A DNA stretch of 56,608 bases, from NCBI GenBank assembly GCA_002402795.1, contig DHGO01000123.1, positions 1 through 56,608 of the forward strand. Direction: 5' to 3'. Position 1 is the first letter of the stretch. Every line of letters begins with the position of its first letter. The stretch comes from Deltaproteobacteria bacterium UBA4796 (lineage in GTDB: Bacteria; Desulfobacterota; Syntrophorhabdia; Syntrophorhabdales; Syntrophorhabdaceae). The translations under genes were made by a program, and so were the position numbers. Under the pieces are notes generated by a model. The model worked only from the letters and a program-made list of their open reading frames with translations. It made no database searches and was not told the DNA's origin. Shown here in pieces: positions 8,673 through 16,452 of this stretch.

Positions 8673-9599
8673 TTAAAGCCTCTGTAAAATTTCTTCTTCT
8701 AATCTCCTTGCAATCTCTTTCATCTTCTCGGAAACGGGATTGGATGGGAATTTGTAAACAAATGGAACCCCTTTATCACATGCTTCTGCTACCTCTGGAT
8801 GTAACGGCAATCTGCCCAGGAAAGGAACGCCCAGTTCTTTGGCTAAAGCCTCTCCTCCTCCCCTTTTCATAAGGTCAAATTCTTTTCCACATTTCCCACA
8901 TATATAGCCACTCATATTTTCTATTATTCCCAATACCTTACTTCCGGCTTTTGCAGAAAGCAAGGTAGCTTTTCTTGCTGCAAGTTGTGATACTGCAGGG
9001 GGAACGGTAACGGTGATGGTTCCATCCAGATCCGGTATATATTGTAAAAGGTTACAGGCATCCGAACTTGTACCAGGTGGAAGATCTACAATGAGGTAAT
9101 CCCTCTCCCCATAGTCAACATTGGCCAGGAACTCCTCGGTGGTTCCCCTCCTCATCTCGTGAAACATGGTTATTACCTCATCTGGATATACTAATGCCAT
9201 TGATATAACCTGCATTCCTAAACCCAAGGTGTCTTCGGCCGGTATTATTCCCTGTGTACCATATCTCAACTTTTTTACTCCCTGAACTCCTAACATTCTT
9301 GGTATGGTAGAACCGTCAAAGTCCTGATCCAGAATAGTAACCTTCCTTCCCATCATTGCCAAAGCAGTTGCAAGATTCGTACTCACTGTAGATTTACCAA
9401 CCCCTCCCTTTCCTCCGGAGATAGTAATCTTATGTTTGATATTTGACATCTTTTTGATGGCCTGTGCCATCCTTCTACGCCGATAGATTTTCCATTTCAT
9501 CTCATCACGGCAATCAAAAAATCTTTCGCAATTTTCACATTTATGATCACACCTCAGCTCCACATTGATACTTATAACCTCGCGTGCTTCCTGGCCCAT
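8673..9599 (-). CDS. Mrp/NBP35-family P-loop ATPase with N-terminal Cys4 motif (paralogue)
   Basis: GGKGGVGKS, N-terminal CDHKCENCERFFDC and C-terminal CGKCGKE. First gene of the operon. Confidence 0.8.
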   Translation of the reverse strand: MGQEAREVISINVELRCDHKCENCERFFDCRDEMKWKIYRRRRMAQAIKKMSNIKHKITISGGKGGVGKSTVSTNLATALAMMGRKVTILDQDFDGSTIPRMLGVQGVKKLRYGTQGIIPAEDTLGLGMQVISMALVYPDEVITMFHEMRRGTTEEFLANVDYGERDYLIVDLPPGTSSDACNLLQYIPDLDGTITVTVPPAVSQLAARKATLLSAKAGSKVLGIIENMSGYICGKCGKEFDLMKRGGGEALAKELGVPFLGRLPLHPEVAEACDKGVPFVYKFPSNPVSEKMKEIARRLEEEILQRL

Positions 9600-9681
9600 T
9601 TTACCTCCTTATTTTTAATTAGAAATTATCCTACTTACAAACAAGCTCCCCCGCTATTATTAATTAATCAGGAACGATGAT

Positions 9682-9711
9682 ATAATAAAATTAATCTCGA
9701 TTTTATGTCAA
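9682..9711 (-). promoter_or_regulatory. possible sigma70-type promoter of the carboxylase operon
   Basis: On the minus strand, TTGACA (9711-9706), an 18-nt spacer, then TATTAT (9687-9682), about 80 nt upstream of the start at 9599. Confidence 0.3.
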
Positions 9712-9884
9712 GTAGAAAATTGTATGGAAAAAGGAGCAACTCTTTTATAATGTTTTTATATGAACATATCTCCAATGTTTTTTTGATATTTGCCACTCAC
9801 CATCATAGTAAGCTCGGGACATATTTTTATATCCATCTGAACAGGGCGGGTGCTTTATTCCGCTACCTTAAGGTAATCCTACCA

Positions 9885-10022
9885 GAAATCATTGAACCGG
9901 ACCCCGTTCTTGATGACATTGTAAATCCCGATCAATATCCTGCGGGCAATGGAGGCAAATTGAACGAGTCTGCGAATCAGACAGTAGCGGATTTCGTCCG
10001 GGCGGTATTGGGTGATCCCTCG
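9885..10022 (-). pseudogene. short transposase-like gene fragment
   Basis: The minus-strand frame reads ITQYRPDEIRYCLIRRLVQFASIARRILIGIYNVIKNGVRFNDF and then hits a stop. No start, no full ORF, and higher GC than the flanks. Confidence 0.3.
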
Positions 10023-10182
10023 TAAGCCAGCCATAGACTTCTATTCGAACGACTTCGAGATTTCTCTTTAGTTGCCCCGGAAAGAATTCTTGAGGACCTC
10101 CATTTTTTCTTGACTTTTATTTCGAAAACAGGGCAAAAGGGACCGGGAGAAATTCAGTCAGCTTCGGCAGACTCTTCTTCGC

Positions 10183-10542
10183 TTGGCCGGCGGAATTAAG
10201 GGACTGGTCGAACCTTTGTTTTCTCATCGCCCGGTGATCAAAGGAACGGTCTATGAGCTGAAGTGCAGATGTGGAAAGCCGGGCTGTAAGTGTGCTCGTG
10301 GGGAATTGCATGCGCGTATGGTGGTCGGCGCCAGCGAAGGAGGCAAGACCCGGTTGCAGGTCATTCCCCGTGGATTTCTCGTTGAGGTTCAAGCGAAGGT
10401 GCGGCGTTATCAGGAGTTGCGGCGGGTTCGAGCCCGACTGGGAGAGATTTATCGGAAGATGCTGGGGGTGATGGATCAGATGGAGGCGATGCGTCGGGAG
10501 GAGATGTCTTCATCGGGGAAGAGGCGCCTGGGAGGGGATTAG
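10183..10542 (+). CDS. small Cys-rich protein of the DUF6788-like type (often seen next to IS/integrative elements)
   Basis: YELKCRCGKPGCKCARGELH motif followed by a basic helical tail. Sits in a GC-rich island clearly different from the flanks. Confidence 0.45.
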   Translation: MAGGIKGLVEPLFSHRPVIKGTVYELKCRCGKPGCKCARGELHARMVVGASEGGKTRLQVIPRGFLVEVQAKVRRYQELRRVRARLGEIYRKMLGVMDQMEAMRREEMSSSGKRRLGGD

Positions 10543-10831
10543 CCGAGATGGACCTGGTGATCTTTGAGCAGAACAAGCCGCTCGTCCTGGAGGAGGGACT
10601 GGGCAACGGAGGGTTTGACTACATCGAGGCGGCCAGCGAGGTCTTTGAGGCCGATTTCTTCCGGTTTATCAAAGCTCGGCCTATCTGGATGAGTTGGCAG
10701 AGACCTATTCCATGTCCTGGAAGAAAGTTGATACAATTGTCGATATAATGCGTTTTTTCATGGTCTAAAATTGCCTCTCGATGCTATACTGTCAAGGATT
10801 TGCGTCGTCAAAAATTCAAGAGGCTGAGATA

Positions 10832-11069
10832 ATGGGTAAAAAAACTGTCCTTATTGCGGTTCAAACAATACCAGGAAAAAAGGTTATATAAGAAACAGCG
10901 CTAACGGTATCAGTGTAAATTGTGCGATAGGCAGTTTCAAAATCACTCACGGCAGAAACGGTTAGAGCAAGTTCTGTGGAATGACTATGTCTATCAGCGA
11001 CAACCATACATCAGCTATCAGAAAAACATGAGAGGGGCAAAGACAGAAGATGAGAGAATGGGTGGATGA
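10832..11069 (+). pseudogene. N-terminal zinc-ribbon fragment of an IS transposase, disrupted
   Basis: MGKKTVLIAVQTIPGKKVI-stop, then in another frame RYQCKLCDRQFQNHSRQKRLEQVLWNDYVYQRQ. Truncated where the octamer repeat tract begins. Confidence 0.35.
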
Positions 11070-11071
11070 GG

Positions 11072-11146
11072 AATAAAGGCAATAAAGGCAAGGCACAGAG
11101 GCACAGAGGCAATAAAGGCAAGGCACAAAGGCACAGAGGCACAAGG
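11072..11146. repeat. tandem GGCACAGA/GGCACAAA/GGCAATAAA repeat tract (octamer family)
   Basis: Direct reading gives GGCAATAAA GGCAA GGCACAGA GGCACAGA GGCAATAAA GGCAA GGCACAAA GGCACAGA GGCACAAG. Confidence 0.9.
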
Positions 11147-11222
11147 GGAAGGAAGGGATAAAAAAGGTTGACAGAACTTTTTGTTATTGTTAGTTTTTGG
11201 AAAAAATCATAGAGGAGGGATT

Positions 11223-11438
11223 ATGAAGAGCGAAAGCAGGGTTGCAAGGGTTACTGAGGTCATTGCCGGTTCTCCAAAAAGCTTTGAAGATGCAGTGACT
11301 GTGGGTTTCAAGAGGGCTGCAAAAACCCTACGGGGCATTACTGGTTTGAAGGTAAGTGATATGCGGTGCAAGGTTGAGGATGGGAAGATTGTGGAGTACA
11401 GGGTAACACTGGAGGTACTATTTATACTGGAAAGTTAA
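11223..11438 (+). CDS. dodecin-family small flavin-binding protein
   Basis: MKSESRVARVTEVIAGSPKSFEDAVTVGFKRAAKTLRGITGLKVSDMRCKVEDGKIVEYRVTLEVLF fits the dodecin pattern. ATG 11223 has AGAGGAGGG upstream, so the track start at 11181 is unlikely. Confidence 0.7.
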   Translation: MKSESRVARVTEVIAGSPKSFEDAVTVGFKRAAKTLRGITGLKVSDMRCKVEDGKIVEYRVTLEVLFILES

Positions 11439-11462
11439 TAAAGGCACAGAGGCACAGAGGGC
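11437..11462. repeat. octamer-family repeat (AATAAAGGCACAGAGGCACAGAGG)
   Basis: Same units as 11072-11146, immediately after the dodecin stop. Confidence 0.85.
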
Positions 11463-11603
11463 GAAGGACTCTCTGGAACGATAACCGAGGACGCCTTGGG
11501 GACTCCCAGTTATGATGAGGTGGGTGTCCATGATACATCGAGTGAGCCGAATCTTACTGGGGTAAGGTGCCCGGAGTAAAAGAGTGGAAGACAGGCTTCG
11601 CAA

Positions 11604-11623
11604 CAAAGGCAAGGCACAGAGGG
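11604..11623. repeat. octamer-family repeat (AAAGGCAAGGCACAGAGGG)
   Basis: Same units again, just before the GT2 gene stop. Confidence 0.8.
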
Positions 11624-11635
11624 AAGGGCGAATCA

Positions 11636-12622
11636 CTATTTACGGGATCTATTAGAGCGGAGGCCGAAGCTATCGGGATAGCCTGAGAGGCTCCAGAGAA
11701 GAAGGCGGGCATAGTAGGAATAGCTACGACGAATCTTTTTATTGAAGAGTAGAAAGGGCAGGCAGGTTGTACATATAATAAAAATGGAGGTTTTGATAAA
11801 ACGTATCCACTGGAATAGAATGTAGTAAGGAAGGGAATGATGTTTTTTTATAAACTTGTGTAATGAAATATTATATTCGATCCTCCCCTTCACCCATGCC
11901 TTTCGGACGGTTTGTCCCTGAAGGTGAATAACCTTCACGTCTGGTAAGAATACTACCCTCTGCCCCATGCCCCTTGCCCTTAAGCAAAGATCTGTCTCTT
12001 CAAGAAAGAAAAAGAATTGTTCATCAAACCCTCCTAATCTTTTCAGAAGTGATTTTCTTACAAGAATAGCAGCACCAATGAGGGAGGGAACATCTATGAT
12101 ACAGTGACTGGTGATTGATGACTGATGACTGGTGACTGGGGACCGGTGATTGGTGATAGGTGACTGGTGACCGGGAATTAGTAAAAACTGTGGAAGGAGT
12201 TCGGAGAGGAGGGAGGGGACTACTGCAAGGGAGCGCTGAAACCGCATATCAGGAAATACAAGCTGGGGACCGCAGATACCCACATCTTTGTGTTCTTCCA
12301 TAAAATGGAGCATCTTCACAACCTCGCCATCTATGAGGCGTGTGTCAGAATTGAGAAAGAGCAGATAATCACCTTTAGCACGGGTAATTCCCATGTTTGC
12401 TGAAGCTGCAAATCCCTTGTTCTCATTGTTTTTCAAATATTGAAGAGAAGGAAATTTCTCCCTTATCATTACCTCTGTCCCATCTGTTGAGCCATTGTCT
12501 ATTATAATAATATCCTGTATGTATGGTTTAAGGGATGTGTCCTTCTCAATCGAAAGTAGAAGGGATTTCAGAAGTTGTTCTGTATCTTTTGTAATGATAA
12601 TGATTGAAAGTATAGAAGCCAT
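11636..12622 (-). CDS. family-2 glycosyltransferase
   Basis: N-terminal IIIITKD...IIIIDNGSTDGT GT2 signature. Contains an in-frame heptamer-repeat insert (HQSPITNHRSPVTSHQSSITSH). Confidence 0.75.
   Translation of the reverse strand: MASILSIIIITKDTEQLLKSLLLSIEKDTSLKPYIQDIIIIDNGSTDGTEVMIREKFPSLQYLKNNENKGFAASANMGITRAKGDYLLFLNSDTRLIDGEVVKMLHFMEEHKDVGICGPQLVFPDMRFQRSLAVVPSLLSELLPQFLLIPGHQSPITNHRSPVTSHQSSITSHCIIDVPSLIGAAILVRKSLLKRLGGFDEQFFFFLEETDLCLRARGMGQRVVFLPDVKVIHLQGQTVRKAWVKGRIEYNISLHKFIKKHHSLPYYILFQWIRFIKTSIFIICTTCLPFLLFNKKIRRSYSYYARLLLWSLSGYPDSFGLRSNRSRK
12104..12173. repeat. heptamer tandem repeat GTGAYYG, about 10 units, inside the GT2 gene
   Basis: GTGACTG GTGATTG ATGACTG ATGACTG GTGACTG GGGACCG GTGATTG GTGATAG GTGACTG GTGACCG. 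Confidence 0.9.
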
Positions 12623-12667
12623 TTCAAGCTTTTTGAATTATACTGGATGTTTTATGAAATAACTATA

Positions 12668-14521
12668 CTAAAATTTTGAAGAACCTTTTTTCTGCCTCAT
12701 CATATTGCAGACAATTAAACACATTCCGCACATTACGCAAATTCCATCATCTACAACAACCTTACGCCTTTCCTCATCGAATGTAATGGCCGGACAGCCA
12801 AAGAATTTTATACACCCTTTACATCCAATACAGTCCCTCTCGATTGGAAGGTCTTCAACCATCTTCTTTACTCTGCCCCTTGCATTAAGGAGGCATTCTC
12901 TCCGGGCAATTATAACAGCAGGTGAGTGGTGATTAGTGATTGGTGACCGGTGACTTGTGACCGGTGACTGGTGAGTGGTTAGGTAATCGTATGCCTCTTT
13001 AATGGTTTGTATCATGAGGGGGATGTCGTAAGGGTCAATGACCTTTACAAAACCAATACCAAACCCTTTAAGCACATTCTCAATGGTAATTGAGCGTGTA
13101 TGTGTGCCGTCAGCAGTAATGCCTGTCTGAGGGGTTGGCTGCATACCTGTCATGGCTGTTGTGCCATTGTCCATGATAACAAGAATAAACTTTTTATTTG
13201 TAGTTACTGCATCGTAGAGAGGTGGCAAGCACGCATGAAAGAATGTGGAATCACCAACCGAAGCAAGTATGGGTGGCACTTTTCCATCCTGATGAAAGGT
13301 ATTATAAAAACCAGAAGCAAGGGTTACACCGCTACCCATGTCAATGCAGGTATCCACAGCGCCCTGTAGTGTCCCGAGAGTATAGCATCCAATATCTCCG
13401 GGAAAGATCGCATCGGGAAAGGCATACCGCATTGCATAGAAGGAAGACCTATGAGAACAGCCTGCACAGAGTTTTGGTGGTCTTGGCTTTACCGCAACTG
13501 TCTTCATTGCTTCTTCAATGCGGCTATCGGGTACAAAACTCTTCTTTTCAATACCTGCCTTCTCCATTGCCCTTTCAATAACCCCTTTCACCACATCATA
13601 GGTAAGTTCTCCTTCTTTCGGGACATAACCATTTCTCCTTCCAAGTGCTTTTTTGCCCCTATCTATAAGCGCTTCAATCACTGCATCTGTCTCTTCGAGG
13701 ACAAGAACGTTGTCAACGCTGTCAAGAAATGCCTGCAGGCCGGGAGTAGAAGAGCCGCGAAGGGTGACTGGTGACTGGTGACCGGTGATTGGCGAGAATT
13801 GAACTACTTTATAAATCGGGACAATGTCTGAAATACCAATATCTTGAAGCACATCCATAGCTATGGAGTAAGTCATGCCAGAAGCAACAATGCCAAGAGC
13901 CATGATTCGTGATTGGCGATTGGCAAGTGGTGATTGGTGATTGATTCCTTCATGGAGGGTGACTTTGCGTGTGCCTGGTGGATAAAGAGGGACTGCCTGA
14001 CGGGCATGGCTCACCCTGTGGGTGGAACGCAAAATAACAGGGGTCTTATGCTCAAATGAGTACTTAAGTGCACAATAGGCAATGTCAGCAGCTTCTTCTG
14101 GAGATGCAGGGTCAAAGACAGGTATATAGAATAGTGTGGCAAGAAGTCTTGTATCCTGCTCTGTCTGTGATGATTGAGGCCCGGGGTCATCACAGGAGAC
14201 AACTACAAGAGCGCCTTTTATGGTCTTGTGCATTCCACGCAAAAGGGCTGGAAAGGCAACGTTTAATCCCACCTGCTTCATCATACAGGCCGCCTTTTTT
14301 CCTGCTATAGCAGCCCCATAAGCAACCTCCATGGCACACCGTTCATTGACTGACCATTCAGTGTGAATCGCACACTTCTCTCTCCTTTTAAACTCAATAA
14401 TGCCAGGGAGAATTTCTGAACTTGGCGTACCTGGATATGCAGCGGCTACCTGAATACCGGCTTCAACAAGTCCCCGTGCAATGGCGTAATTGCCCATCAT
14501 GACCTCTGCCAGCACCTTCAA
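12668..14521 (-). CDS. iorA: indolepyruvate:ferredoxin oxidoreductase alpha subunit
   Basis: 617 aa. TPP-enzyme layout with GDSTFFH...IMDNGTTAMTG. C-terminal double ferredoxin motifs CIGCKGCIKFFGCP and CVMCGMCLIVC. Start overlaps the upstream iorB stop by 4 nt (translational coupling). Three heptamer-coded inserts. Confidence 0.8.
   Translation of the reverse strand: MKVLAEVMMGNYAIARGLVEAGIQVAAAYPGTPSSEILPGIIEFKRREKCAIHTEWSVNERCAMEVAYGAAIAGKKAACMMKQVGLNVAFPALLRGMHKTIKGALVVVSCDDPGPQSSQTEQDTRLLATLFYIPVFDPASPEEAADIAYCALKYSFEHKTPVILRSTHRVSHARQAVPLYPPGTRKVTLHEGINHQSPLANRQSRIMALGIVASGMTYSIAMDVLQDIGISDIVPIYKVVQFSPITGHQSPVTLRGSSTPGLQAFLDSVDNVLVLEETDAVIEALIDRGKKALGRRNGYVPKEGELTYDVVKGVIERAMEKAGIEKKSFVPDSRIEEAMKTVAVKPRPPKLCAGCSHRSSFYAMRYAFPDAIFPGDIGCYTLGTLQGAVDTCIDMGSGVTLASGFYNTFHQDGKVPPILASVGDSTFFHACLPPLYDAVTTNKKFILVIMDNGTTAMTGMQPTPQTGITADGTHTRSITIENVLKGFGIGFVKVIDPYDIPLMIQTIKEAYDYLTTHQSPVTSHRSPITNHHSPAVIIARRECLLNARGRVKKMVEDLPIERDCIGCKGCIKFFGCPAITFDEERRKVVVDDGICVMCGMCLIVCNMMRQKKGSSKF
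12922..12977. repeat. heptamer tandem repeat, 8 units plus a degenerate ninth, inside iorA
   Basis: GTGAGTG GTGATTA GTGATTG GTGACCG GTGACTT GTGACCG GTGACTG GTGAGTG. Encodes THQSPVTSHRSPITNHHSP. Confidence 0.9.
13764..13791. repeat. heptamer tandem repeat, 4 units, inside iorA
   Basis: GTGACTG GTGACTG GTGACCG GTGATTG. Encodes TGHQSPVT. Confidence 0.85.
13909..13943. repeat. heptamer tandem repeat, 5 units, inside iorA
   Basis: GTGATTG GCGATTG GCAAGTG GTGATTG GTGATTG. Encodes INHQSPLANRQS. Confidence 0.85.
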
Positions 14522-15078
14522 GATAGAACCTCCTTTGCTCCCATGTAGCCTGCCTGAAAGATCTCAAGATTCTTTTCAAGGAGTTTTTCTGAAACCCTTT
14601 TTTTAATCGTTCGCTCCACATTTTCCCGTGTATAGGGTTCAATGGATAAGAAGGCGAAGAATCCGAGGAGTGCCATGTTCGCTGCCTGAATCATGCCCTT
14701 TTCTTTTGCAATCCTGTCAGCGTCAACAAGATAACAGGCAAGTGCCCTTTCCTGTGCAAGGGAATAAATCGCATCAGGCAAAGTCTTTCTTTGAGTATTT
14801 ACTAAAGCAATGCCTTCCCGTTTCAGCATTGCGATGTTTCTATAGAATTCACTCTCTTCAAAGGCAAGGATGATATGAGCCCTTTCCCTTCCTATAAGGG
14901 GACTCTTAAAATCACCCACCTTAACAAGGGATACTACAGAGCCACCTCTCTGGCTCATGCCGTATTCGTCCGAGGCAATAGCATTGTGTCCGCTGGCAAT
15001 GGCAGCCTCAATCAAGATGGTCGAGGCAAGAAGAACCCCCCTGCCACCAATGCCTGCGCACACGATTTCAAGTTTCAT
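14518..15078 (-). CDS. iorB: indolepyruvate:ferredoxin oxidoreductase beta subunit
   Basis: 186 aa with the VCAGIGGRGV motif of the 2-oxoacid oxidoreductase gamma/IorB fold. Its stop overlaps the start of the downstream iorA by 4 nt. Confidence 0.75.
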   Translation of the reverse strand: MKLEIVCAGIGGRGVLLASTILIEAAIASGHNAIASDEYGMSQRGGSVVSLVKVGDFKSPLIGRERAHIILAFEESEFYRNIAMLKREGIALVNTQRKTLPDAIYSLAQERALACYLVDADRIAKEKGMIQAANMALLGFFAFLSIEPYTRENVERTIKKRVSEKLLEKNLEIFQAGYMGAKEVLS

Positions 15079-15177
15079 CCATATACCTCATTCAGTATCA
15101 AGTAGTCAGTAGCCAGAATATAGAATAAAAAGGGGCTGTTCACTACATTCTGTACTCTGACTCCTGTATTCTATTGC

Positions 15178-16452
15178 TCATACCATTCCTTTATAGAAAA
15201 CTACGGTCATTTCATCACTATCCTTGAAGCGTTCAATTTCATTAACGTCCTTAAGGTAAAAGATGTTTGTAAAACCCCATCCTTTCAATAGATTCTCAAT
15301 CTCCTGTGCCCTTTTATTCGTCATAATGAGAAGCAAATAGGAAGAATTGTTGTAAAGCGTGTTAATGAACGCAGGCATACCTGAGTGGAAAAAGGCATCC
15401 TCAAAGGTAATGGCAAGGAGCTTCTTTTCAGGGCTGCTCCTTTTTATGCCATGTGCCATGTTGATGGATGATGCAGGTCCAAGAATATCACGTACCACAT
15501 AAAATCCGTACATGGTCTCTTCGTGCTTTTCTTTTGAGTGACCCGCAAAGAAAGGCTCTTTTATAAGTTTTTCTCTATCCCCTATCTGGAGCTCAATCAC
15601 CGGATATTCACCCTCTACTATGTAAAATGTATCCACCTCGCTAATAAATGAACTGACGAGCTTGCGGGGTAAAGGATGAACTGTAGAAAGGGTAAGAATG
15701 CTTTCATCCCCATCAGGAAATGATGAATAGACCATTCTCGTGGTTATAACGCCCCTCTTTCCCTTTATGACTTTCTTATTACCTTCATATGTCTCAAGGT
15801 CTTCCCGAATATTGTTTAGTTTGTCATTGAGTTCTTTGTGGAGAGAAAATCTGAATTGGGGTGTTGCTGCCCATCGGGCAGGATTCCTGACAAACCGTGC
15901 TTCGTGAGTGGTAGGTGGCGAGTGGTGACTGGTGACCGGTGGCTGGTGACCGGTGGCTGGTGATTCCTCAGGTGTGACCTGTATAATAACAGGTATTTCA
16001 TATTTTTCAGAGATGGTGTAGCCAGATGTAACTGCACGGGTAAAATCATCAAGGGTCTCTGTCACAAAGAGTGGCATCTTTGAAAAGAGACCAAGGGGTG
16101 TCACTTCCTCAACGGTATCCCTGATTCCTATGATGAGAAGACCGCCAATAACACCTGTATAGGCAGAACTCATGATCGGGTCCAATGCCTCATATACCCT
16201 TTCAGCTGAAAACATACAGGTATTTCTCTTCCCCGCAATGCTTCCGGTTAAGGCAAGCTCATAGGCTACCTTTTCGTTGATGGGTATTTCTGTATGAAAG
16301 GATGGATACTCTGTTTTCAGTTTCTCAAGGGTGGCTCCAATAATTTTGTGTGTTGTGTATATAAACCTGGAGCCACTATTCAAAAGGACTCTGCAGTATG
16401 GCTCATATATATTGCTCATCTGGTTGCTATACCATGCTTCTAAGAATTTCAA
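15178..16452 (-). CDS. IorA-like paralogue lacking the ferredoxin domain and with a degenerate TPP/Mg motif
   Basis: NEKVAYELALTGSIAGKRNTCMF aligns with iorA NERCAMEVAYGAAIAGKKAACMM. Where iorA has GDSTFFH...IMDNGTTAMTG, this protein reads FEDAFFH...IMTNKRAQ. Carries a heptamer insert (ATGHQPPVTSHHSPPTTH). Confidence 0.6.
   Translation of the reverse strand: MKFLEAWYSNQMSNIYEPYCRVLLNSGSRFIYTTHKIIGATLEKLKTEYPSFHTEIPINEKVAYELALTGSIAGKRNTCMFSAERVYEALDPIMSSAYTGVIGGLLIIGIRDTVEEVTPLGLFSKMPLFVTETLDDFTRAVTSGYTISEKYEIPVIIQVTPEESPATGHQPPVTSHHSPPTTHEARFVRNPARWAATPQFRFSLHKELNDKLNNIREDLETYEGNKKVIKGKRGVITTRMVYSSFPDGDESILTLSTVHPLPRKLVSSFISEVDTFYIVEGEYPVIELQIGDREKLIKEPFFAGHSKEKHEETMYGFYVVRDILGPASSINMAHGIKRSSPEKKLLAITFEDAFFHSGMPAFINTLYNNSSYLLLIMTNKRAQEIENLLKGWGFTNIFYLKDVNEIERFKDSDEMTVVFYKGMV
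15904..15966. repeat. heptamer tandem repeat, 9 units, inside the IorA-like gene
   Basis: GTGAGTG GTAGGTG GCGAGTG GTGACTG GTGACCG GTGGCTG GTGACCG GTGGCTG GTGATTC. Confidence 0.9.

Noticed and set aside
10962-11144. ORFs made of CLCAFVPCLYCL-type repeats (also 47678-47932 and 50550-50859)
   Set aside because: These are translations of the antisense strand of the octamer repeat tracts, not genes.
11463-11603. Possible group II intron domain V or other ncRNA between two octamer tracts (GAGCCGAAUCUUAC-UGGG-GUAAGGUGCCCGG)
   Set aside because: Only the 5-bp upper helix pairs well. The lower helix and bulge do not match the domain V consensus, and there is no intron ORF or other domains nearby. 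Left as unexplained spacer.
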